Shown here: positions 54,346-64,000 of the stretch, piece after piece
Position numbering within the stretch: position 1 is the first letter of the stretch
Layout: each line of letters begins with the position of its first letter
Assembly (NCBI GenBank): GCA_009103225.1
Contig: RHPI01003156.1
Span: forward strand, 412,537-476,536
From: Chlorokybus atmophyticus
Taxonomy: Eukaryota > Plantae > Mesostigma and Chlorokybus algae
Direction of reading: 5' to 3'
DNA: 64,000 nt
Made by a program: the position numbers and the translations under genes
Notes under the pieces: generated by a model
What the model saw: only the letters and a program-made list of their open reading frames with translations
Told to the model about the DNA's origin: nothing
The model's database searches: none

Positions 54346-54460
54346 TAGATCTGACCCTTACAATGCGTAATTCTCCCCGTCCTCAACTCGACGGACCCCA
54401 ACCCCGCCGCCCACCTCACCAACGCCGTCACCGCTGCCGCCGCCGCTATTGCCAGCCACA

Positions 54461-54469
54461 AAACCCTAA
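54461..54469 (+). promoter_or_regulatory. Telo-box (AAACCCTAA) in the RPL1/HGH1 divergent promoter
   Basis: Exact motif between two head-to-head translation-related genes. The telo-box is known from plant translation-machinery promoters; function here is inferred. Confidence 0.5.
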
Positions 54470-54712
54470 TCCATTGCCAAACCTAATTCACTGCTGATAT
54501 CAACAACCGGCCCTCGATAAAGCCTCTTCACCCTAGGATATTTGATCAATATGGCAAGTTATATCTTCTAATCGATGGCTGAGATGCATTGATGCACACG
54601 CGGCACCTTCTTAGCCCCGAATGTGTGGATGTCGAGTCTGCGTGTCGATATCATCGCTAAGGGCATTGTCGGTGTTGTGCACGGTGACGGCGGCGGCGGC
54701 GGCGGCGTGGAC

Positions 54713-57608
54713 ATGGCTACGGAGCTGGAAGAGTTAGCCGGCTTCCTTAATGATCCGAGGCTGGAGGTGGTTGGCAGTCCGCACACGTGTTGCTAGCGCA
54801 AACATGGCCATCAGCAAACAGTTGCTTGCGCACGCTTGGCTGGTTGCATGCTTGTGTGTGAAATTCTACTTGCAGTATAGGCCGACATGCACATCCACAA
54901 TAATCAGAAGCGTGTTACGGTCATTCACTATGCCCTTCCCTCCTTTCTTGCCATTTCAGGTGCGCCGCTCTGCTGTGGACATAGTCAAGGGCCTCACCGG
55001 TTCACAGGTACGCTTGAATTTCATTGCAGGCGTGCAGGTATGGAAGCTTGATCCATACGCAGATGCTTGAGTAAACCATTTATGAGCATGTATACGAGCA
55101 CAGCAAGGTGTGAATGTATGAAAGCAAGCAGCAAGCTCGCGCATGCTGCCTTTGTCCTGCATTGCACGACTTGCTGCTTGACAGATTCAGCGTGTAGTGT
55201 GACTTTTGACATTTTACTAGCGTACATACAAACACGTACGCATGCATGCAAGCATGCGTAAGTGCTTTACATCTATAGCTGTCCACCAATGGCAGTATAA
55301 ATGTAGATGTTCCAGAAATATGCATGCTTGCAAACAAGTGCCACTGCTACATACCTCGCTACACGCAGTTTGTGCCATGAAGTTACCATAGCCACGCACT
55401 GGCTCACTGCATTTGTCATCTTCCAGGATGGTTTGAGGCAGCTGGCGGGCGTGCCGGACCTTGTCCTTCCTCCCCTGCTGAAGCGCCTCGGCGACGCGGA
55501 CACGGGGGCGGGGGCCGCGACGGCGCTAGTGAACCTCGCGCAGGTGGAGGAGCTCGCGGCGCGGATGGCGCGCGACAACGCTGTCGATCGCGCCATGGAG
55601 TGCGTCGTCGACAGGGACTGCGGGCACCGAGGCGTGCTGGTAAGCTGGGAGAAAGAGTGTGTGTGTATGTGCTATGAAAATACAGCGGGAAGAAGAGTGT
55701 GTTGACTCTTTAAACTATCACTATCAATCTTGTGACATGTCTCAAGTGTGACACGTGTGCACACGCGTCCAGGCGCATGCACGGGCACACACTGTGATCA
55801 TTGCGAAATGTTGGATCGGTTGACGTGGTGTGTTCATTCTAGCAGTGTTGCAGTACCAGTGTGGCACTTTAACCTTGTTAATGCAGATTGGACTGTTTTG
55901 TGTTGGTTGGGCACTTGTTGCGTACTGGACACGCGTCCAGTACGCAACAAGTATGTGTCAGTTGTGGACTAGCATGAGTATGAATGTATCTTACCCACCC
56001 AAGCATTCATGTGCGGTTCATGTGGCGGTGCGCGCTGATTGTCAAACTCGGTTGGTTGCTGTGCAGGTGATGCTGCTGACGAACCTCACGCAAACAGAGC
56101 CTGGAGCTGTGAAGCTGCTGCAGGCGGTGAACAACCCAAAGCTCTTTGGGCTGCACATACTGCGCCTCGCACGCCTCTTCGCCAAGGACGTGCCCCAGGA
56201 TGGTACGGTGCGTGACACACTCCAGCACATGTACGCGCATGCGCACACATGCACATGCGGACGTGCATGTACGCACGCACCTGCACGGGCATGTGCACAG
56301 GCACACACATGCGCGAACAGTCATTTACAGTCAAAATACACACATCAGCCACCGCCTTTGCATGAGGCATATTGAAACGATTGCTTACAATCAGTTTCTC
56401 CATCAGCCATACAATTGGCTCGCTGATGCTGTCTCTCTTGCAATGCTTGCAGTAAGCGAGGAGGGTGCTGAGGACGAGTTCGCCCACGTGGCGAGTGTTC
56501 TGGCCAACATCAGCCGCCTTGAGGATGGCCGTGCCGTGCTGCTGGACCCCGACAGAGGTCTCCTTCGCTCTGCGCTCGCACCCGCCCTCCTACCCTCCAC
56601 CTCCACCTCTGCCTCCACCTCATCTTCATGGTCATCCCCAGTCCGGCAAGCCGGGGTGAGAACTTTTTCTTGGTTGTGTATTTTGTTTGTTCGTCAAAGC
56701 AGTTTTGTGTTGAAGTGGTGTCCTTCGATTCGGTTCGGCAAGGTTGCGAGGACATTGAGGAATCTGTGCTTTGAGGCCAACGGGCTGCACGCCACATCCC
56801 TGCTCATGCAGCTGGACACGATATTGCCTGCCCTGCTGCTGCAGCTAGCATCATCAGATGTAAGCGGTTACAGCGATTCACTGAGACATGCAGTCATGTG
56901 CAATCAGTCTATAGAATGCAGCTTGATCGCGGCGCTAGAGTTGCCAGTGAAGCTGCGCATTCATGGGAATCACGCACACAGTGATTGCAGAATATCCATA
57001 ACTAGCACAAGTAGATTGACAAGTAACATGCATGGTCTTCCAGCCTTATTCGGCTGAAGAGTTGGCAAAGATGCGACCACCTTTGTCGCAGCTGCTCGCA
57101 AGGAAGAGGCGACTGCAGGTGGGTGCTATATAGAGTACTGGCATTCGCTGTCATTCACTTGCTGACTGTTACTTGTTTTGTGAGTTGCCATATACCAATG
57201 ATGATTGCTCTGCACAGACCAACGTGGAGGTAAGGAGAGCAGCAGCTGAGGGCATTCTCGTACTGGCGGGGCAGAGCTTCACTCGCGCTCTGCTGTGGGA
57301 AAACAATGCGCACGGCATCATACACAAAGGGTGCTGCTTCTTTGTGTGCACGGATCCTACAAATTTTCTCTGCACAAGATGCAGGATAACAGCGTGTTGT
57401 TATGTGCTGTTGCAGGTACGAGCTTGAGGAAGATCCGGAAGTCATGTCAGCGATGGAGCGCTTTGCAGCCATCGTGAGTACATGCACCCTTTTTGTTGCT
57501 GGTGGTTGCGCGTGTCACCAACACGTTGTGGCCTCGCAGATTATGACTGGTGGACGTGAAGAACCAGATGCTGGTGAAGATGCTGGCAATATTGTGATGA
57601 TGCAATAA
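54713..57608 (+). CDS. HGH1: HGH1/FAM203 armadillo-like protein (DUF383+DUF384; eEF2 chaperone family)
   Basis: MATELEELAGFL..P|VRRSAVDIVKGLTGS, ALVNLAQ, MLLTNLTQ, DEFAHVASVLANISRLEDGR, RQAG|VARTLRNLCFE, YELEEDPEV motifs. Confidence 0.88.
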
Positions 57609-58908
57609 TGTGATATAGTGTGGCTGCGTGAGTGTCCATTGAGGTGTGCTTGGCTTGTTGGTACATACGCTTGGTGCATGCATGTGTGAGGTCTTATGGT
57701 ATTGCTAGGTTCTCCAACAACCAGGGACGAATAAAGTGGAAAAACGCATTGCTACTAGGTCGTCATAATTTCGTTGAGGCGTTGTCAACTATAGGATCGT
57801 GCATCTTGCATTGCAGGTATACATTATCCAGTGACATGGTGTGCAAGTTGACAGTAGTGTGCAGCAATTGCTCATCTCATGAGTTGAGGACTACTTGACT
57901 CTACAATGATGTTGAAGAAATGAATAATATTGCAGCAGAAGAATGAAAAGATGTAGCAATATTATGTTCAACATCTGCGTGCTAGTTTGTGAAGATATCT
58001 TGTCACAACTTTAAGTCATGAGGAAGCTTGCACGCTTGCTCTATGAGCACTGTTGTCTTTGTCGTATATCAAAAAATCCAATAATTTAAAATATGCTACG
58101 TGATGGTTCAGCTTATATAAACCTCGACACTGAACATTGCAAAGCATATGCCTTGCCCTGTTTACAAGTCATGTTACTCAGCTTGAGCAAGATTTGTCAA
58201 TATATGCATGATTAATGCATAGGCTTTTCAAACATACGATAATGCACAGCCAAGCACAAGCCACAGCCAACAGCAGTCACAGCATAGGTCCAAAACAGGC
58301 GCATTCAGCTCAATATGTGGAAAACCTAATGCCACACATCCTACCAAGCACACACACACACCCAATCATAAACACATATCAATTACAGCGGGCACAGGGG
58401 AAAGCTTGACTATGTGCACTAACTACTTGCATGTGGCGGAGTGGGGGTGGAGCAGCAGGGCAGGCGGATGGTAACAGCAACAGGGCAAGCAGTAGCGGAC
58501 CTGTATGCACAGGGCTGGAGGTTAGCCACGGGTTGTACTGGCAAGTCACAGCAGCAGCAACGGCACAGGGCGGTGGGAAGGGGCAGGGTGAGGGCGCAGA
58601 TGCTGTGCTGATCAATGCCCGTGGTGAGGAAAGGCGGCTTGCTGCGTGGGTGTTACCAATGTTTGGCGTGTAAGATCCGTTGGAGTTGTGAGTGCGCGGA
58701 TGGCTGCAGGCCACTGCAGATAGCCGTTGCAACGCACAACCATGCTAACAGGCAGCTGTTCGCAATTAGTCCAGCATTGTTCCGCAATTATTCCAGCATT
58801 TGCACAGCATGCAATTATTAAACAAATATGATAGCACACACGGCATGCATGCACGTGCGGGCAGACACTCTACTCCCCACACATGCGTGACTTACTCACC
58901 TCACTCAC

Positions 58909-59770
58909 CTATACCGTTTGTGAACACTTGTTGGCCACCAATACGTACAGCTGTTTGTATGACATGTTCCACTTTTTTTCTTCCATGCGGTACATTTTTG
59001 CCCTCAGCTTGCCCAGCAGCACCCGCATGTAATAGCCAGCACCTGCCATGTTCTGCGACAGTTGCACCATCTCCCACACAAGTGATCTTTGAAAGTGCAG
59101 ATTCGCATGAATCTATCAAACTGCGACACGACCCACCCTGTAACAAGTGGGCTCCGACCACTAAGCTATGATAGCAAAAGATGCTACCATAAGTGAGGTC
59201 TAACACAATCTACCCCAAATCGTGACATTTCTCCCCAATTGTAACCCATGGGTTCCTCAATTATCAAATGAAGCACTAGCCCACGTCGCCGTGGTCACGG
59301 CCGTACCACGGCCGGTCTGCCTGCGGCTTTTTGGATCCGGCCATCCTCAACGCGCGACCGGCCATCGCGGCGCGACCGCTCGTGCGGCCATAGGTCAAAT
59401 TGGCTCGGCGCTTGTTGCGAACCTGCGCCCAGCCAAGGGCAATTTGCCCCAAATGTTTTTTGCCCTTGGATCTGCCTTAGTCTCCTATGGGAATTGAACC
59501 TGAGACGTCAAGCTCCAATACCATTATAACAAGTGGGCTCCAACTAGGCTGGTAGCAAAAGACGCTACTATGAGTGAGGTCTGTCACAGTATATCCCAAA
59601 TCGTGACAATATCCAGCTTGGCCGATTTGGAGATGAGACTATCTGGGTGTGGCGCCCGTTGCTTCGCAAATATTTGAAGAGAGCTGTTGAGTTTGTTGTA
59701 CACACGTGTGCACATGCCTAAATGAGGTGTCTGCAAAACCAACAAGTCCAAAAAGGGTATAGTAACTCCC
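58909..59770 (-). mobile_element. Degenerate Penelope-like retroelement RT C-terminal fragments (at least two copies)
   Basis: 59584-59770: IPFLDLLV...CTRVYNK...HPDSLISKSAKLDIV. 58909-59132 (one frameshift): VVSQFDRFMRICTFKDH-VWEMVQLSQNMAGAGYYMRVLL...*. Both resemble the PLE RT thumb region (FLDL..VY.K..HP..SQ..RF.RIC...GY). Confidence 0.65.
59276..59470 (-). mobile_element. Putative non-autonomous Helitron-like mini element
   Basis: On the minus strand: A|TC start (59470), a 10-bp 5' hairpin, an 8-bp GC-rich hairpin (59288-59312) 8 nt before a terminal CTAG|T (59276-59279). Confidence 0.35.
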
Positions 59771-59969
59771 TGAGCTGTCCGAGACAGGGTGAGCATGTGC
59801 TATGGGTGTAACAAGTATCTTTTCTTAATGCATGTTATAGCCAACATGTATATGGGTTGTTTATGCGAATGAGCAACAAGGGTAACAGTATGTGCATGCG
59901 CACATCGCATAATCTGTCATTAGTTATGACCTCAGCAAGTGCTTAGACATCAGCAAGTTGCTGGTACAT

Positions 59970-60525
59970 TGTTTTATGGTTAATTATAAAGTAATAGCCT
60001 ATTCTCACTAAGGTAGTGAGGGGGCTTACTGAAAGGCTCTCAAGGCTCTTAAGGAGGGCGAGACGCGGCAGACGCTCGGCGGGCAGCGCGTCGCTAACGC
60101 CATCGCCGTTGCCATCCCGTCACGTGAGGCCATCGCCAGATTGGACGGGCGGGACAGCCCCGCGTCAGATCTGACGGCCGGGAAAGCCCCAAAATAGACG
60201 TGTGCAATTGTGCAGGTGCGTGTGCATCCAAAGGCTTTATAAATGGGGTGTTTGGGAAGATTATTGAGGGTGCCAAGCCAAGAAGTCTACAAGGTTTCAA
60301 GATACTTGGTGTACTTGTTGTGGTTGCTGTTGTAACACACTAGTGGTCTTCCACAAGTTGAGAGTGACTTGTTGTAAGCTAGTGTGAGTCTGAAGTCTTG
60401 TGATGTGCAAAGAGTGCAACACACAAGTGTAAAAACATAAGCATTGCACAAGTTGAGAGTGACTTGTGTGTAAGCTAGTGTGCTGCCATAGCAAGAGTGA
60501 CATTCACAATTGCATTGCGAGTTAC
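59970..60525. mobile_element. LTR-like segment (separate LTR or distal part of the copia LTR)
   Basis: Starts TGTT; GC-rich block with palindrome CGTCAGATCTGACG, a TATAAAT box near 60238, and a ~35-bp direct repeat (60352-60386 / 60447-60482). Confidence 0.35.
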
Positions 60526-61042
60526 TGTTGAACATTGAGCTAGCGCTAGCCAACTACAGCATGCACATGCACCAGAATATACACACGAGGCATGCACACA
60601 AGGCTTGCAAAAGGGTTTTCACCCGAACCAACAACTTAATTGGATTCCGCTGGCATTAATACCATCCAGACTACACATGTCTACTTCAGCAAGCACCGCG
60701 TGAGCTATATATATACTCAGCAGATTGCCAATATATATAAGCGTAGCTATCTTGCTTACAGCCGAAGCTTTTCAACAAGTTAAGCCACGCCTCTTAAGGC
60801 TTGCTATATGCGAAGTTCTCGCCATTCTCTCAAGGCGTTGGCTGCGTTCGGCTGCGCCAGCCTCATAAGCAAGTCCGGAGTCTCCTGCTTGGTTATACTC
60901 CGCGTAGTGGATTTGATATCCGCTACAGACTCATGATGATCGATTTCAGCTCATACTAGTAGCAATATCTCTAAGGCTCATGCCTTAACCAATTCACAAG
61001 CTGACTGGACTAAGCAGTGTGCAAGACATGCCCGTGCTAACA
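60526..61042 (-). mobile_element. 3' LTR of the Ty1/copia element (TGTTAGCA...TGTTCAACA)
   Basis: Follows the RNase H end and a purine-rich GCGTGGGAG tract; TGTT/AACA terminal inverted repeat. The distal boundary could instead be 59970. Confidence 0.6.
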
Positions 61043-64000
61043 CTCCCACGCAGACAGCTTGATAGACTCCAAGTCCTCCAGTGCAGTCATGGAGCTTCTT
61101 CGTCACCAAAGGCTTGGTCATGCAATCAGCCAGCATCTCCTCCGTGTTGCAATACTCAACCGCCACCTCCTTTCTTGCCACACGCTCACGCACGATGTGG
61201 TGAATCACGTCAATGTGCTTTAACCGGATTAAAGCAGTCGGATGCTTTAGCAGCTTGATTGCGCATTAGTTATCGCAGTGATGCTGATGCAGCTTGCAGG
61301 GTAGCCTTAGTCCACCATCAGCTTTTTCAACCACAATGCCTCCTTTACTGCCGATAAGTCAATCATGTATTACGCCTCTGTTGTCGAGGCAGCCACGGTA
61401 GGTTGTAGCTTACTCTTCCAGCTAACAACTCCACCATTGATTAAGAACGCGTAGCCAGTAGTTGACCTCCTCGTGTCGAGGTCCCTAGCGTGGTCAGCGT
61501 CACGGTAGCCCTCCAGCTTCCTTGCTCCAGAACCAGCTCCCTCTTCAAAGTGGATGCCCATGCTTGTGCTCCCCATCACATAGCGCAGCAACTCCTTTGC
61601 AGCTCTCCAATGCTCCATGGTGGGTGCTGACATGTCGCGTGCAAGCACTCCCACAGCATGTGCAATGTTTGGCCTAGACTCTCAGACATGTAAAGCATGC
61701 TCCCGAACAACTCACTGTAAGGGAACTTGCTCCTGTCGAGGTGCTCTGTCTCATTCATTGCTCGCTGCAGCTTGGCTCCCACGGACATGGGTATCACCTT
61801 GCCTTTGGTGTATCCCATTCCAAACTTCTCCACAATTCTTCGCACCATCAACTCATGGCTGATCTCTGCTGTCTGGTTGTCCCTGTCCCTCTCGACCACC
61901 ATGCTCAGAAACAGCTTTCCCTCTCCTCAGTCCCTCCCTTATGTCAAAGGTAGACTTGAGGGATGTCTTCACCTCCTCCAAGTCCTTCAGCTTCTTCGCA
62001 GCAGCCATGATGTCGTGAACCAACAGCCAGTACTTCTTCTCTTTGTGCGTGGAGAGTTCTGGATTAGCTTATGAAGGTGTGAAGCCAATGTTCTCCAACT
62101 TCTTAGTGAGCCGGATGTGCCATACTTTTTGCGCTTGCTTGAGCTTGTACAAGGCCTTTACTGTAACGGGAAGGTACATTAAATACCCAAAATCGACCAT
62201 AAAAGCATTAATTCTTTTGTGGTCAAGTGGGTTGTGACGTTTACAAGGCTGCAAGCAGTGCCTGGTCCTCCCTCCTCATAGCCCTTGGGTTGCTGCATGT
62301 CGATCTCCTCCTTCAACTCTCCGCAGAGGAATGCAGTCTTCACATCCAAGTGGTGTAGCTCCCAATCCTCAGCACAAGTGCAAACATGGTGCGCAAGGTT
62401 ACAAGCTTACTAGCATGGGCGAACACCTCATTAAAGTCAATGCCCTATTGCTGCAAGTGCCCCTTCACCACCAACCGTGCCTTGTATCTCTCGATGCTGC
62501 CTTGCCCATCGCGCTTGATCTTGTACACCCACTTCACCGGTAAGGGCTTCATTTTAAGTGGGACCTTCTCCAGCCTCCATGTGCCGTTGGCGTGCAAGAA
62601 TGCTATCTCCTCGTCCATTGCATGCTGCCACAGCTGTGTGTCCAAGGCTGTCATTGCCTCCTCATATGTGGTAGGCTCCTCTTCCTTGGTTATTGCTGTC
62701 AAGCTTTTAAAGCGTCCTTCCTCGAGTCTCGTGCTCCTCAGGATGTACTTGGGCTCCTCCGAAACCTCCACGGCTTCTTCCTCGGATGCTTGTTGTTGAG
62801 ATTAATAGCTGGTGTCTGTAGTTTGGTTCTCAGGGTGCGGAATGTTGTTGATTGGTGACCCCTCCATGTGGGGGTCCTCCTCCTCCTCCTCAACAACAAC
62901 CTCTTGGACATCACCTGTCATCCCTTCCTCCACAAACATCACATCCCTACTCCACCACCACCTTGTGATCTTCCAGCAGCACGCAATAGGCCTTTGAGTT
63001 GAACTCATAGCCAATGAACACGCCTTCTTGCTCTTGGGCGCTTGCTTGTTGTGCAGTTGGTTGGGGATGAGAACATATGCTGTAGAGCTGAAAACGTTCA
63101 ACATAGAGATGTCTGGCCTTTGCTTGGTGAAAAGCTCCCACGGTATCTTTGCTTGAGATGCTTTCGGTGAGCGATTGCCCACATACGCTGCAGTAAGCAG
63201 TGCATCTCCCCACCTATGGTCTTGCATTTGCGTCCACCAGCATTGCTCTGACTATCTCCAACAAGGTTATGTTCAGCCTCTCAGCTGCTCCGTTTCATTG
63301 CGGGGTGTAGGGTGCCGTGTATTGGTGCGTAATCCCGTGCTCAGCCAACCAAGTCTTTAGCTCCTTACTGATATATTCTCCACCTTTGTCTGACCGCACT
63401 GTCACAACCTTCTCGTCTAGATGTTTCTCCATGAGGGTGAGTACCTTCTTCAGCTGTGCCGACACTTTTGACTTTACATGCAGGGGCACCACCACCGCAA
63501 CCTTGCTGCAGTCATCTAGGAATGTACAATACGTGTGCCCTTTAGCAGTTGCAACATGTAGTGGTCCTCATACATCAGAGTGTACCAGTTGCAGAGGCCT
63601 GGTTGTCAAACTTGTGATGCTGGGTATGGCAGTCTTCGTTGCTTCGCCATACACAGGATTCACACAACACCTCTTGCATGGTCTTAAACTTATCCAGCTT
63701 AATGCTGATGCCATCCACTATGTCTTCCTTCACCAGCCTAGTGAGGTTATCATAGCCGAGATGTCCAAGCCGTCGATGCCACAGCGCTGCAGACTCTTTT
63801 GTCGATGCAGCATACCCTTGCACTCCAGCAAGCTTTGCATGATACTCTCCTCCTCCATGATCTTTAACAATCATGTACACGACCCCATCAAACAGTACAC
63901 GCCCATGGTCTCCCTCAAATACAGTTCTAGCCCCAGCTCTTGCAGCAGCACGCACTGCGACTCAATTAACAACCGCTTGGGGAACATATAACACGTTGCG
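61043..64000 (-). mobile_element. Decayed Ty1/copia pol (protease end, GAG-pre-integrase, integrase, RT, RNase H); continues beyond the window
   Basis: LWHRRLGH, VRSDKGGEY...HQYTAPYTPQ, KWVYKIKRDGQGSIERYKARLVVKG, KALYKLKQA, DLDTRRSTTGY...SWKSKLQPTVAASTTEA, KHIDVIHHIVRE. Multiple frameshifts, the YVDD motif collapsed to LLVHDI (~62010), and a CAA>TAA stop at 61266. Confidence 0.95.
62162..62239. mobile_element. 78-bp insertion in copia RT flanked by a 5-bp TSD (TTTAC); tiny solo-LTR/TRIM- or MITE-like
   Basis: TTTAC at 62157-62161 and 62240-62244; removing the insert plus one copy restores ...CSL-VKALY. Termini TGTAAC...GTGACG; internal 11-bp stem. Confidence 0.75.

Noticed and set aside
58431-58673. 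ORF resembling a non-LTR retroelement fragment (GGGKGQGEGADAVL...RRLAAWVLP)
   Set aside because: The resemblance is from vague recall only; no RT or endonuclease motif is present.
57600-60000. Hammerhead ribozyme expected with Penelope-like elements
   Set aside because: No CTGAnGA...GAAA core found on either strand by eye.
59141-60482. CRISPR-like or other prokaryotic repeat array
   Set aside because: The repeats occur only in pairs, are imperfect, lack regular spacers and sit in a eukaryotic transposon context.

Overview
Eukaryotic nuclear scaffold, most likely a green alga (inference from short spliceosomal introns, a nuclear-encoded plastid ribosomal protein L1 with transit peptide, plant-type senataxin/PIG-Y/KH-CCCH proteins and AAACCCTA telo-boxes). 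About 15 multi-exon genes were reconstructed by eye from splice sites and reading phase. In order: a partial type II membrane protein, FHA-TDP1, an EF-hand protein, a CCCH-KH zinc finger, an unknown membrane protein, DUF3223-RGG (EMB514-like), PIG-Y, DUF1365, PP1 inhibitor-2, two tandem paralogous Pro/Tyr-rich EF-hand proteins (one with a C2 domain), a secreted C-type lectin + bacterial-type ConA-like protein, a MATE transporter, a senataxin-like helicase with an embedded UBA domain, plastid RPL1 and HGH1. The last ~5 kb is a transposon nest: Penelope-like RT remnants, a Helitron-like mini element, an LTR-like segment and a decayed Ty1/copia element carrying a 78-bp insertion with a 5-bp target-site duplication. 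Assembly gaps and long poly-G/(AG)n runs are present. No prokaryotic defence system, CRISPR array, rRNA or intact tRNA was seen. The most notable items are the dual-lectin gene (with a homopolymer frameshift), the EF-hand paralog pair, the UBA-containing senataxin and the hairpin-rich spacer between the EF-hand paralogs. All domain calls come from motif recognition, not database searches.
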